A stretch of DNA of 61,110 bases, filler included, from Bipalium vagum (Eukaryota): the NCBI GenBank assembly GCA_037834085.1. It is 3 parts of 3 records of this genome, joined end to end, with 100 filler letters (N's around TTAATTAATTAA, not from the genome) between each part and the next. Parts side by side here need not be neighbours in the genome. Positions count along the whole stretch, not along the records: positions 1 to 19,536 come from JBBMKC010000760.1; positions 19,637 to 40,003 come from JBBMKC010254581.1; 1 more part is not named here. The stretch is one strand, 5' to 3'. This document shows positions 14,860 to 28,661 of the stretch, piece after piece. Under the pieces are notes generated by a model. That model saw only the letters and a list, made by a program, of their open reading frames with translations, had not been told where the DNA came from and made no database searches. The translations under genes were made by a program, and so were the position numbers. Position 1 is the stretch's first letter. Every line of letters begins with the position of its first letter.

Positions 14860-15150
14860 TATGTCGTAATTTCTTGGTCGGTATATCAGTTTTTAACTCA
14901 TGCTGGAAAAGAGAAAGTTACATAATACATTAAATTGCGTGAGATCATGTTGTGAATGACACGGATTTTCATCGATTAGCACCTTTAATTCATGGTCGTA
15001 AAACTTTTTAGGCTGAGCTGAACAAGTTTTTTCATGAACATTGAAATCTCTCAACCATTTTCTGCATTTTTGATTGCTCATAGGAATTTCACCATAAGCT
15101 TCCAGGCGAATTCGATGAGCTTCAGATGCTGTCTTTTTCAAATTAAATCA
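14860..15150 (-). mobile_element. Mariner N-terminal fragment
   Basis: KKTASEAHRIRLEAYGE..CRKWLRDFNVHEK..QPKKFYDHELKVLIDENPC. Confidence 0.85.
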
Positions 15151-17769
15151 GAAAATGATAAAAAAAATTAACTATTAATTTTACGTGTTATTATATTTAC
15201 TTAATAAAATATTTACGTTTATTCCCATTTAAAAAATAAAAATGATAAACCATGAAAAGAAGATCAAGAATGGTTAAAAATATAATCAAAAATTAAAAAT
15301 TTTTTTATTCCTTAATTAAATGAGAATATTTTTTAAGAATAATCACCGACGCCAGTTGGAATGATTTGCAATATAACGAGCTTAAATAGAAATCCTACTC
15401 AAACATAATTTACTCACAAATAATTCTTTGTCAATGAATATTGGACAAATAACACATGAAATTGATGATAACAGACCTTACATTATACCGGATACCAGAT
15501 GAAGGTGTAGGAAAATTTGGAGATTCCGTTAATAATTGATCTAGTTTTATGGTTCTGGAATTATAATTTGAAAAACTGCTTCCGGAAATGATACAATTTT
15601 TTCTAAGACTGGGAAACTCATGACTTCCATAAGGTGCACAATTACCTTAATGAAAAGTGATGGATAAATTAATATAATGATGACAACCTAAAATAGTTCG
15701 AATAATATAATATAATAAAGTAATATCAGAAAGAGAATTGTACTTGATTTTCGTTGAAATCGCTTGCTGATTATATCTTGAATATTTAAGTCTTTTGTGG
15801 ATGGAGGAATGGCTTGACATTGGTATTTGACATTCAAATGTTTTTCCCAACCACCATTGCTCAATGTTTTGGCCGCTTCATTTGGTATCATTAAATTTTC
15901 TAATATGAACTCCAGCAAAAATAAAAAGCGAAAAGCAAAATAATTATATGAATTTAGAAAAACTGTTGTACAGACAACAATAAAGTTTTACTATCTGCCA
16001 GTAGGCGTGTTTAACAGTTTACCTTTGTTATATTATATTATATATTTATAGTATATATAATACTAGTCGGCGTTCTTTTCTAAGATGTCTACTATGCCAT
16101 TAATGCTGAGATAAATGGAATCAAGTTGGTATTGAATTTAGTAGACCGTTGGATAAAGCAATTATGATATAATGTTTTATTTTTGAATAATGATAATAAT
16201 TTATGACACTTGATTAAGTCATCATGAACATAAATAATTTATTCTCACTTAAAAGATGCTGGCTTTATTTATACGGCAACAATTTATTATAATTATACGT
16301 ATTGGTTTATAATCGGTATTTTAGTTTCAAAGTTCTTAATGACAACATTTACATCCATTGTAGTAGTTTTTGTTTTATCTGAGGCCATTATACAATCTCT
16401 TCAGTGAATGAACACCGTGATTATGACTTTTTATAATTTTCATCATTTTATTTTATTATTATAGCATATTTTCAATTAGAAATGATTTCCTAGTACCATG
16501 AAAAAATAGGAAACTGTTTCATTTTTAATTTCACAAAAAATACGAAAACAACATTTTGGTTTTGGTGACATTCAAATTTGTGTCACAATTCGTTTCCAAA
16601 TATTGCGATACTGTAAAAAAGTATTATTTTCTAATTTAATTTAAATTTATAATTTAATTTTTTATCAAAACGAGGACAAATTGAGAATTATTTTCGAAAT
16701 GATCACTTTCAGCTTTAATGTATGGGAAAAGTAGATTCGGAACAGATAGACAGGTTGTTACCCGAAATCAACATTTTCTTGTACCTTTGATAAATTCGAT
16801 AGGAAGAAAATAAGGGAATATTTTACTTGATTTCAAAACCCCTAATTCAGACTCTATGTTCCTATTAAGTTTTGATAATACCAGGATTTTGTCTGGAAAA
16901 TGGATTTGCAGAACGGAATTTATGGATTTGCTACCAATGTCAACTGAATTTAGATTCATTCATTAATGGATTAAAAATAATTTTAAAAATTACAAATGCA
17001 AATGTGATTTCTATGAAAAACAAAATTTTTTTGGTCTTCTGGTTCTTAACTGTCACCTTGTATATAATGATTTGATACATTTTATAAGTATTTATATATA
17101 AATACGATTTCCTGGCTTCTTGAAGTTAACAATCTCATCAAAGAAAACAAAACTGACAATTTGATTTTTTGACAAAACCAGCCAAACATTGAGCCTCAGT
17201 AATTTCATGAAAGTTTCAAAATTAACATGTGATTATTTCATGCCCAATGCTTGATATTGTGCTTATTTATTCTTTTATTTATTCTTTTAGGTAAAATGCT
17301 GCTTTTCTGAAAAGAGAATATTTTCCTGAATAAAACATCGGTTCGGAGTTTTGCAAATCTCAACTCTCTCTTACAAATCATATAATTTAATTCTTGTGTG
17401 AAATACTTAATAAGATTTCAATGACAACCTTATTGTCATAATTCAATGAGTTGTTCTTCGCGAAATAAAACAGATGATTGTAACAGATAAGACACTGAAT
17501 TCTGTCACATCTTGAATAATTGTAGAAACTTTTTAAATTTCATTTTAGTGATTACATTTGATCTTTCAAAATGTTCTCGATATTTAACAATGACATCCAT
17601 ATGTTTTCCATAAAATGATGAATATATAATACTATAAGTACTTTGATTCAGTCTTTATTTAACTATATGAGAGAATATGATGATGTATTATACATGTTTC
17701 CAATCAAATATTTCCGAAGCATTATGTTTGTAAATGTAGGAAAACCGATTTTTTCAAAATCATCAATTT

Positions 17770-18100
17770 TTAAGTAATTTTGAATACACGACTAAAACAT
17801 CAGTACATTTTTTATTTACATTTCAAATAACGAAACAAATTTTAAGAAACAGCCAACCTCGTGAAAAATTAAGATACTCGGAATTAGTACATTGTATTCA
17901 TACCTTTATCTTTAATTACCTCTTGGATCCTTCTTGGTATGATTTCATAAAGAATTTTAATCTAGGATGTTTGAATCGTCACTCACTTCTCCGAATTCTT
18001 CCACAGTGCGTCAATATTTACCGGCCTACACATAGTAACTTTCAGATCAGCGCATAACGGTTCAATTAGATTCAGATCTGGTGATTGAGTCGGCCAATCA
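17770..18100 (-). mobile_element. Tc1-like 3' fragment
   Basis: DWPTQSPDLNLIEPLCADLK..SIPRRIQEVIKDKG; TIR-like end near 17790. Confidence 0.8.
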
Positions 18101-18159
18101 CTCAGTACGCATAACTTGAACAGACAAATCCAAATGTCTTTCTTCTCTTTTTTCCAATC

Positions 18160-19445
18160 GCATATCATAAAGATTCTTTATCGTCTCGTTTATCTTTTCT
18201 TCTAAATTCATTGGTTGCCTGAATGGTTTTAAATTAATTGGCTCACCTTTCGTTTTTATTCTATGTTTTGTCAGATGGGTACATTCAATGTCCCATTTAT
18301 GGGCCATGAACGGGTCTTAGTTTACCTCAATTATCATTCGTAATTTGCCATCTTCATTACATTTAATAATTTTAATGATCTTTTCAACCGTTCTCCTTTC
18401 TGCACTGCTCTACCAAATCTTTCTTGTACATTACACAGCGTATTTTTAAATTTTTCTCCTTGATATTTTTACTTTCGTATTGTTACTTTCGTATCTCTAA
18501 ATAACTGTCGTTTACATATCTCAGTTATTCACTATACTGTTGAATCTTAACATCTGTCAGTTTCTGGGAAATCTTCGTACTCATTAGATTAATTCCTGCT
18601 CCCGTATCCAATAGAATATCCAATTCTAAATTCTGCACTCTTACTCTCACACTTGGACGTCCTTGCATTCTGTCATACGAAATAACTGTTTGTTCACTTT
18701 CTAAAATCGAATTCACTTGATTACAATCTTCAATCTCAAACTGCTTCTTTAAAAATCTGTAAAACGTCTCTACCGTTCGCGGCATTCCTTCATCAGTTTC
18801 AATTCTTTGGGAATAATCGTTTTAATCTCTAGTATATGACTCCCACTAGTTCCCCTACTAGTGGAGCCTGGTCTTTTTGGTATACCGATGCATTTTCACA
18901 TTCTTCTCTTACGCAATCTCCTCCCGATTTTACATCAATATTTTCACTAACCAAATTAATTCTTTTATTTCCACTCACAGAATGATTACTTTACTAAAAA
19001 ATTTATGTTTCTTCTCTGACCTTTATTTACATTTTTGTAGAACTCAGAAGCTTGGTGACCATTTATTCCACACTTTTGGCATTTTTAAATTGTGAAATTC
19101 CTTCGTTTTTGTCCTGCTTTTTCAAATCCAAAACATGTAGGAATCTTCTTCTCTGGACAGTCTCGGCTAATATGTCAGATTTATTAGCCATCCAACATTC
19201 TATTTTTCTTTTTGTTGGGCCATCGTTTCCTGTGTTGCTAGACCTTTTGCAAGTATAGCATTCTGGTCTGACTTGCTCTACTTGCTGAATCTTATATCCT
19301 GCTTCTGGTCGCGTACATTCTGGTATCGACCGTTTTAAAAATAAGTTATTTACTTTTAAAATTTTATTCATACTTTTAAATATTTTTTAAAAAATTAAAA
19401 TAAATATTTAAAAAATTCCCCGGGTCTGATTAACCGCCTTATGTA
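18160..19445 (-). mobile_element. Ty3/gypsy 5' part: gag with decayed zinc knuckles, aspartic protease, start of RT
   Basis: ECW..HISRDCP knuckle remnant; LDILLDTGAGINLMS protease; HRIKTKGEPINLKPFRQPMNLEEKI pre-RT motif; LTR-like end ..TTACA at 19442. Confidence 0.85.
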
Positions 19446-19466
19446 ATTCTTAGTAAAGAAAAATTA

Positions 19467-19467
<1 letters not shown>

Positions 19468-19536
<69 letters not shown>
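19468..19536. repeat. (ATT)n microsatellite running into the gap
   Basis: Direct sequence. Confidence 0.95.
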
Positions 19537-19636
19537 NNNNNNNNNNNNNNNNNNNNNNNNNNNNNNNNNNNNNNNNNNNNTTAATTAATTAANNNNNNNN
19601 NNNNNNNNNNNNNNNNNNNNNNNNNNNNNNNNNNNN
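19537..19636. other. Assembly gap with artificial six-frame-stop linker
   Basis: 44 N + TTAATTAATTAA + 44 N. Confidence 0.97.
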
Positions 19637-20146
19637 AGTAATGGAGTGGGACTTTTAAAAAGAATCGTTGGTAACATTAATGCCCAGAAATATCAAAAAG
19701 AGATTCTTCATGACATAAATGTCATTGGTAAATGCTTAGTCTTCCCAAAAACGGCATTCACTTTCCAACATGATTTCCACATAAGGCCAAAACCACTCAG
19801 GATTTCTTAAAAAATAAAAATATTGATGTCTTACCCTAACCATGCAATTCTCTTGACCTAAATCCCATCGAAAATGTCTGGGGTTTCATCAAAAGAAAAG
19901 TTACCGCACAACTCTGCTGATGGATTATGGAAAGCAGTTCAAGACGAATGGTACAAACTTTCTGCTAGGTTGTGCAAGAAAATTGTATCCTCCATGCCAA
20001 AAAGATTAGTATTGGTCCAAAAATCAAAGGGATATCCCACTATTTATTAAATACCTATTTATTTAATAAATTTCGAGTTTTAACTTATTCATTTCCATTA
20101 ATTTTGTATATTCTATAGGGGGTAAACAAACTTTTTAGAAGGACTG
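19637..20146 (+). mobile_element. Tc1-like 3' half with TIR
   Basis: FTFQHD; LP*PCNSLDLNPIENVWG; SMPKRL..KGYPTIY*; ends in AAGGACTG|TA. Confidence 0.9.
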
Positions 20147-20159
20147 TATATATAATAAT

Positions 20160-20534
20160 TTATAATAATAATTTTTTACATATTATTGCGCAAGATATTT
20201 ATATACATTATTTTATTATCCATAATATAAAGATGCATTTATTATGATATTTCATACTCTTTTTACACATTATTTATTATTGCTTATTTATCATTTTATT
20301 ATTTTTTGAAATCAGTCAAGAACGATTTACAACACATATATTTTTTTTACAAAACAAAAAACTTACCTAGATACCAGATTAGAATCAAATCATAAAATAA
20401 TTATCACACAATGTTAGGGATAAAAACACAATAGTAAAGATAAGTTTTTGTCAAGATCAGTTTTTTGGTTTGGATTGTTGGGTATGGTTGGTCCTGATCT
20501 AGTTGATTTGATCCCTCTGCCTGTAGTCTCCACA
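20160..20534 (-). mobile_element. Partial LTR of the TGTGGAGACT family
   Basis: Starts TGTGGAGACT; shares blocks with 31500-31888 (aaagataagtttttg, aaatcagtcaa, tttattatgatatttcat, tttattattgctta). Confidence 0.75.
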
Positions 20535-20559
20535 GTACTATTGAAAAAATAAAAGAAAA

Positions 20560-21050
20560 ATATCGCGATATTTTTAAAAAAAGAAGGTGTTGACATTCAA
20601 TCAGCTATTACAAATAATAAATTTTTAGAAAAATTTGCAACAGGAAAATATTTAGGAGAATTACATTTAAAATATTTAAATCCTTTTAAATTTTACTGGA
20701 TCAGGAACAAATATTGATAAACGTTTAGAAAATTATGAAGATGTTATAAATAATTCAAGTATTACTGCAATTCTGAAACCTGATCCAATTAAAATAAGTA
20801 GAGTTGATCAAGTTGAAAAATGATGTAAAATATATTTCAAAAGATTTAAAAGATAGTTATATTGCTGATGTTGAAATGATTCATGAAATGAACAATATTC
20901 AAAATCCAACTCCAAGAGAAAAACTTGAAAGAGTTCTAGTAAAATTAATTATGAAGAGCAAGGTTGCTCTAGAGGAACCTGTGCCACTGAAAGGTCAGGG
21001 TTTATCAAGAGTTTCTAAAACAATTGCAAATAAAAAACTATTTGAAGGCC
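20560..21050 (+). pseudogene. Parvovirus-type phospholipase A2-like (PLA2X) domain of the Polinton
   Basis: GELHLKYL..FTGSGTNIDKRL..ISRVD..ADVEMIHEMNNIQNPTPREKLERVLVKLIMKSKV. Confidence 0.72.
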
Positions 21051-21082
21051 AAGAAGAACTAAAAGAAAATAAAAAACAATAA

Positions 21083-21897
21083 GCAAACGAACTTCATAAA
21101 GAATTTAGAAAACCTAAACAGTATCTTAAAGTTAAAGTTTTTAATAAAGATGATATTTCATCAGTAGATTTAACATTTGTACCAGGAGAAAATTCTTATA
21201 AAATAATTTAACCACTAATTGATTTATATACAAGATATGTTTTTGCTGTACCTAAAAATAAAACTGGAAAATCTATAACAGATGTATTTGATACAATATT
21301 TGGAGACTACCAAAGAAAACCAGAAAAAGTTTGGTTGATAAAGGTACAGACTCTTAAACTAAAACTTTTGGAGAATTTTGTGATGATAATGAGATAGAGA
21401 TTTATTCAACAGAGAATGAAGGAAAATCTGTAGTCATTGAAAGATTCAATAGAACTTTGAAGAATATGATGTTTATAAAATTTACAGAACAAGGTAACCA
21501 AATTCAATAAATATTTCTAAAAATCGATCATTTAGTGGTTTTAGACCGATAAAATTCATAGTTCAATTGGTATTTCTCCTAATGAAGCAAGTAAAGATCC
21601 AAAGAAGCTGTCGAGGTCTTTGGCTGATCCAGAAAAATTAAAAATAAAAACTGATTCAAAATATTTCAGTTTAAGTTTTAAACTCAAACCTTAATATCAT
21701 ATTGGGGATCATGTATGAATTTTTAAATATCAAAATAAATTTGAAAATGAATATACAGAACAATGGACTGATGAAATATTTATTATAATTGAAATCTATT
21801 TTACAAATCCTATAGTATATATATGGAATTATAGATAAAGATGGTGAAAAGATTCTTGGAAGATTTTATGAAAATGAATTACAAAGAAACTTTTTAT
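21083..21897 (+). pseudogene. Polinton retroviral-like (rve) integrase
   Basis: ANELHKEFRK; IDLYTRYVFAVP.KNKTGKSI; KPEKVW.DKG; YSTENEGKSVVIERFNRTLKN; WTDEIF; GRFYENELQ. Confidence 0.93.
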
Positions 21898-22899
21898 TAG
21901 ATAAAATCAGATAAATTACAGAAAGTTGTTTTTTATAAGAAAATAATTATGGAAAAAATCTTAGATTTTAAAATATATTTAATTTTTAATATTCTTTTTA
22001 ATTTTATATGGATGATTTAATAAAGAAAATTGGAAAGTGTTTTACAAAATATAAAGAAGATAAAGAATTAATTCTTTATTTCACAGACTTAAAAGAAGAA
22101 TTCTTATTACTAGACGAAATTACTTCATCTTTTTATTTAGGAAAAAAGATTAAAATGTGAGATTTTCAAGATCCCAATCTCATACATCTTCAAAAGAAAT
22201 AGAAGAAAATGAACAAGAAATTAATTCTCAATACCAGACAAAACCTCGTTAAAAACTAAAACTATTGAAGATGTCGAACAAAAAATGTTAAATTCCAAAT
22301 TATCAAATGAAATTAAGGAAGATTTTCAAGGAGACCTTTCTAACTTTAAAAATTTATTTTAACTATAAAAAAGTGTGAATGATAATACAAATATAAATAA
22401 AATATTAAAATATAAATAAAATTTTAAAATAATACAATTTGATACACATACACAAAACTTCAGCTCTTAATAAATTTGAACCCTTTAAAACTTTTTAAGA
22501 TTTTATTTCAAAGTTATCGAGAACATGTATGTGCTATAACTAAACATACAATTTTTATTCTTGTAGCACCATTATTTATGCACCTTGAATTTTATATACA
22601 CACATACACAATTTTTCCCCTTTATATAAATCCTCTATCCAAGTATAAATTGAAGTGTGATAAATTTAAAAGGTTTGAAATTCTGATTACATGTAGTAGA
22701 AGCTTTAATAGACATACACTGTGAAAGTTTACAAGAGGCTAAAACCTTCAAAATATTCAAACTTTTATACCTTTTGATATACTAAACCGATTTTGACAAA
22801 CTATATATTAAATTGAAGGTAATTAAACACTCTATCATAATACATATGTATTCAAACAAAATAAAATTTAAAAATAAAATTCAAATTAATTTTTAAAAT

Positions 22900-23200
22900 A
22901 TGAATACAGAAATTACAGACGAAAAATTAAAGAATAAAATTGAAATAGTGAAACCAAAATACATAACCTTCAATGGAGAAAAATATTATTTAAATAATAA
23001 AAATAATTGATAAACCTAAAGAAAAAGTTGAAGAAAAAGAAGGTGGTGTATTACCATTAATTCCAATTCTTGAGGCAATCTTTGCAGGCTTAAGTGCAGC
23101 TGGCGGATTTGCTGGAGGAGTTGCAAAAGATGTTCAAAAAGCAAAAGAAGGTCCAAAACAAATTATCTCACACAAAGAAATAGTTTATATTTTGACCCTA
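22900..23200 (+). pseudogene. Polinton small virion/core protein with GGxLPLIP amphipathic segment
   Basis: EKEGGVLPLIPILEAIFAGLSAAGGFAGGVAKDVQKAK. Confidence 0.6.
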
Positions 23201-23289
23201 ATGTGAGCTTTGCTCTTGGACACTCCTTTTCCGAAAAAACTAAATTTTATTTTTAAAGGTGATTTTAAATTTACTTCAGTTTTTCTGTA

Positions 23290-23640
23290 AATATGGAATT
23301 AATACAACTAAAATATTTTATCTAATTGTTATTGCTGAAGACTTAGAGATTCCCTTTAAACTCTTAATGAAAGATGAAATTTCTGAAAAAAGAATAAAAT
23401 CTGAAATACCTTTAATTGTTGATTATCAAATTTTAATCAAAAAGAAGTTCATTGGGTTGTATATTACAACGGATACTATTTTGATTCTTATGGTTTACCA
23501 CCAGTTGAAACATGTTAAAGAGTATAATAAATTTGATATGCAAATCATGAATGACTTAAGTTATTGTGGACAATTGACTTTATATGTTTATATATAATTT
23601 ATTTAATAATATTGATTTTTCTAAAATAATATTTCAGATA
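23290..23640 (+). pseudogene. Adenain-like cysteine protease
   Basis: HWVVYYNGYYFDSYGLPP (catalytic H, D) and, after a frameshift, QIMNDLSYCGQ (Q..C). Confidence 0.85.
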
Positions 23641-24009
23641 GAAGACTTAATAAAAATATTTTAAAATGGATTTGAACGAGGTTCCCAAAGGCTTAGCCGA
23701 AAATTATTTTATATATTTTAAAACTCCTTATTTTAATAATGATTATAAAAATAAAAATAGTAGAATAAAAGAAGAAATTACTTTTGTTAATATCAATCGG
23801 TTTATACTCAGAATTAGAAGACATTTTTTGAAAAGATTTGATTAAGTGATAAAAAAATAATATTTAAACAAATTTTCTCAGACCTAAAAATTTATTTTTT
23901 TATTAAATTTAAAAATGTTTATTTTTAAAATTTGATTCATACTTTTCAAATATTTTAAAATAATTAAAATAAATTAAAAAATTCCCCTGATTAGCCTCCT
24001 CTAAACTTT

Positions 24010-24265
24010 TATTAAAACTGAATCGGAAAATAAATTTTTAAATGTTACTGGTGATGTTATGATAGGAATTATAAATATAAATAATAATAAAATAATAAAT
24101 GTTGCAGATCCAATAGATGATGACGTTGTAAATATAAAATATTTGAAACAAGTTAGAAAAGATTTATTAAATGAAATTATTGTAAATAGATTAGTAATTG
24201 GAAATAATAATTCTCGTTTATTTCATATTCAAAGTAAAGTAAAATTATATGATGAAGAAAAATAA
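24010..24265 (+). pseudogene. Fiber/adhesin-like repeat protein fragment
   Basis: FLNVTGDVMIGIININNNKIINVADPIDDDVVNIKYL resembles the GDxMxGxLNMxNNKIxNxxDPxxxxDAxxKxY motif. Confidence 0.5.
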
Positions 24266-26888
24266 AAACAACTTAAATAAAAAAAAATTGAAATAGAAAT
24301 TTTATAATATAATTCTAAAGAAGATGCAAAAAATTTGAAAAAATTAGACAGCAATCTTGAATTAAAATATTCTAAATTTAACAAATATTTTATATCATTT
24401 GTTGAAACACTCAAAAATGCAAATTGATTTTAAAAAACCAAATTCAAAAGATTTTAAAACAATTGAAAGTAAAAACAAAATTTTAAATAATAGTATCACA
24501 AAAATAATAATTGATAATGAAGAACTTCATAAATTTATAAATAATATTAAAGCAAAATTAAAATTTTTATTTGCAGTTGCTGATTATGAAAACATATGTG
24601 AAGAAATTACACCCATAATTTGTTGGCATTCTTGTTGGATATCTTCAACAATAGATGTAATAACTTCTAAAAATTTAGAAATCAATTTAATCAAGTTAGC
24701 GTATGTGGTTGGAGAAAAAAAATTATTATTAAAAAGAGAATTTACAATAATATTAGTTGCAGAAAAAAATGAATACACAATCAAAAATATTGAAAATTTT
24801 TGAACAACAAATAATTATCATGTTTTCGGTTGGTATAATACTTATAGGAATTATTTTATGGTTGATGGAAGATCTTTAAGGAAAACATATGTTAAAATTT
24901 ATAAAGGAACAGATATAATATTCTTACAATATAGGATGATGAAACAAAAAAGTTCACCTATAAGATATTACTTTGATTATAATTTTGAAGAAAAATATTC
25001 AAGTGAATGTAGAGAAATTAGTGGTAATATTAAATTTAAAATTTATTCAAGAAATATAAAAGTTTGTGAAGTTCTATTTTTTCATCGTTATGTAAAAAAT
25101 TATGAATTAGAAGAAATAGAAGTTTTTAATGAATTCTTTTATCCTAATATTATCTATAAAGTATTTTTCTGAGACTACATCTTTATACTTTATCAACTAA
25201 TATACTTCATTTTTTTCTATTAAAGGCATTAGAAGATAAAATTATAACTAATTATGAAGTTGAACAAGCTAAAATAATAATTACTGAATGTAAAGGAAAT
25301 ATTAAAACAAATTAAAGAAAATAAAATTATTGAAAATTTTAACAACTCCCTCGGAAGAGCTGCTCGAAGTTAAAAAGAAACTCAAACGAAGTTTTCAAGA
25401 TGCGAGAGCAGAACTGAAACAAGATTTTAAAAAGGGTTTAAAGAGGTGGAAAAAATTAAAAAATGGTTGATAATGATATTCAAAAAAGAATTGATTTAAA
25501 AAAATTAATAGAAGGAAAAAATAAATTAAAAACTATTCAATTAAATCAATGGATAGCAGAAAGAGGATTAGAATAAGATTTGACATATTTTCATAAACCA
25601 GTTACTGATGTTCTAAGCGTAAAAATGAAAAAGCTGATAAAGAGATTCATGATGAAAAAGTTAATAAAGAAAAAATAATAAATAAAAATCCTTCAATAAA
25701 TTTTAATATAGAATCTATTTCGCCATCCTTAACTTTGCATTTAAATACTTCTTATTTAACATCAGCCATTACTCCATCAATTATAGGGGGTACATCAAAA
25801 ATAAATGAAATCCAATTTTAAATTATTAAAGAATATGAAAAATTATTTTTAAAATATAATAATCCAAATGATCCAAAACCAGATGATGAGAAATTATTTG
25901 AATTAATTGAAGACTTAAAATTAATAATAGAAGGAAAATTTAATCCAATTAGAGATACACCATTTAAAGTAAAAGATTGCAGTAATTATCTTCAATTAAT
26001 AAAACTTAGTAAAGGATCACAAACATGTAAATATATTAAAAGTATGAAAACCGAATGAAATAAAAATATAAAATTAAAACGAGATGGACAAGGATATAAA
26101 ATTTATAAACCTAAACATTCTCTTGATCAATTTATAACTTATTTATTTATAATAAAAGAAAAATATTAAAAATCAATGAATAATAAATAAAATATTTAAG
26201 TATATCATGCTATGCCATGTCATGCGGTTTGTTATAAAACTAAGAAACGTTTTTTGATAAATTTTATTTACTAAAATATTTTTCATTTTTTACGTAATAT
26301 TTATATCTAAAAATACATCAAAAGTCGAATAAATAGTCGACATGTAAGCCTGAGTTATGACAATTATTTCGGCATTTTTTCTAGATCACAATGATATTTG
26401 GTTTTTTAGATTATAATCCCATGACTTCTTATAAATGCTTACCTACAATAGAACACACTTGTATTTTATTATATAAAATGCATTAAAATAGTTTGATCAT
26501 TGACTGAACGCGATACCATATTACAGAAAAATTAATGAGTTTTTTATAGTAGTTTGAAAACAATTTTAATTTTAGTTTGTGCACTTTAAGCAAGTTCATA
26601 AAGTTCAATTATGAAATATTATTCAAAACAGTCCACATGAAATCATTTTTAATACAAATTATTTTTAGAATTACGAACGCAAGTCGTTTATTGTAAAACA
26701 ATGTATTCGATGGAATGTCAACAAGACAGAGAAATCAATATTTCTTGAGTAATGAATATACGGTAAAATCAATAAATATGAAACTTAGATATTAACTTAA
26801 ACTAGACAGAATTTCTAAACAGTTCATCAAAAATATGCATAGATCATTAGTGCTTGTGAATATCATTGTCCAATTAAGCATTTTGTCA

Positions 26889-27182
<294 letters not shown>

Positions 27183-27410
27183 TTATTAAATTTATTAACG
27201 AAAACAATAAAAAAATTGAAGTCACGAACAATCATTTTATTTAATTGCAGAAAAATAAAATGTCATATTTCTTATTAGATACACAACAATAAATCAATCA
27301 CCAGAGCACCGAAGGAAAAAATCATTCTCAATTTTAATAAGAAACACGCATTATAGAAACATTTTTAAACAAAAAACAGTTGTGTTTAACACACTGGTTT
27401 TAATTGATCT

Positions 27411-28661
27411 TCACTGACGTTCCTGAAACGAAAAGCATCAAGATTAAAAAGTTAATATCGGATGGAGCTTACATTACGCTTGGACAAAAATATCATTATT
27501 CGTCGGAAAACCGATATTATATCCAGAAACAAATCCAATGAATGCCTAAATTATATTTTTAAAAAATTTCTTTGATGGAATTTAAATTAAAAAATTTTTG
27601 TATGAGATCAATTATCAAAAATTATTTCAATAGTTACTATTAAAGTAATTCCGATCAAAACATTACATTGATATTAATATGACGTTTCTCAGGTTAATTA
27701 AAAATATTTATCTAAAATACGCTGACTTCACAAAGTCCATTTTATAATAAAATTAGTTTTCCACTTAAAATATGCTTGTAAAGTAAAATTATTATTTTAA
27801 AATTCTAATTGAATTCAAAATATATACATAATAAATCAATCAAGTTTGAATTTAAAAAAATAGATATTTGAGACAATAATTTTAACATACATAAAAAAAT
27901 AAAATAATATTACCAGACAAAATCATTGTCCCCCATTCGTCTCTTCTCAACAATTAGTTGAGTGTCAAATAAAATGAAGAGACAAAATATTGCCAATCCT
28001 AAATAAAGTTCAATTGACATGGCAAACTTGGATCCAACGAAAATATTAAGGAAGCTCATCACTATTAATATGTTAAGCCCAGAAAAGAGCATTCCTTTGT
28101 TTATGATAGGTAAAGATATAAAAAAATTAATCAATTACCTCCCATATATAAATAACTTCTTGAACGATTTAACAGAGCACTTAGTGTAAAAGAGAGAAAT
28201 ATAACAGCAGTAGAAAGAAGTGCAGTTGGTAAAATAGTCTGATCTACTGATCCAACAAAACTAATAAGTGGACCTAAATTCATCCCGGTCGAAAATCCAA
28301 ATCCTACGAAAAATCCCAATCGCATGGCTACATTTTCTCGTTTGTGCTCAGTGAAGAGAATTGCAAGCAAAAATCCGATTGATAAAATAAATGACAAAGT
28401 ACCAAACTATAAATTGTTATTCGTAAAATACAAAAAAATTATTATTCAACTTGAAATATGTTAAAAATGTGTAGATAAGCACCAACGGCTGCTGCAATTA
28501 TTCCCAAAGCCAACGTACTGTATACATCTTTCAAATGTTTTTGAACTTCTTTTTCCCTATAATATATATAATTAATGAATAAAATATTTTATAATTTACA
28601 AGTGATTAAATTCAAAAACCTTTTCCAATTTAATTGGTGAACGATTAAATATCCTATCCAT
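27411..28661 (-). CDS. TMBIM6: Bax inhibitor-1 / TMBIM6; exons 28661-28600, 28556-28451, 28406-28139, 28094-27914, 27545-27473, 27422-27411
   Basis: VQKHLKDVYSTL; GMNLGPL; RSYLYMGG; FILFDTQLIVEK; DFVWHSLDLFLD. Five GT-AG introns (43, 44, 44, 368, 50 nt) keep the frame. Confidence 0.95.

Larger units (their letters stand above)
20535..26140 (+). mobile_element. Polinton/Maverick (adintovirus-like) block, decayed
   Basis: Co-oriented PLA2-like, integrase, GGxLPL peptide, cysteine protease, fiber-like and unknown K/N/I-rich ORFs; extremely AT-rich. No pPolB, major capsid or termini recognised in the window. Confidence 0.85.

Noticed and set aside
19581-19592. Palindromic TTAATTAATTAA inside N-runs (also 40048-40059)
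   Set aside because: Identical 44N+12+44N layout in both gaps; a scaffolding linker with stops in all six frames, not biology.
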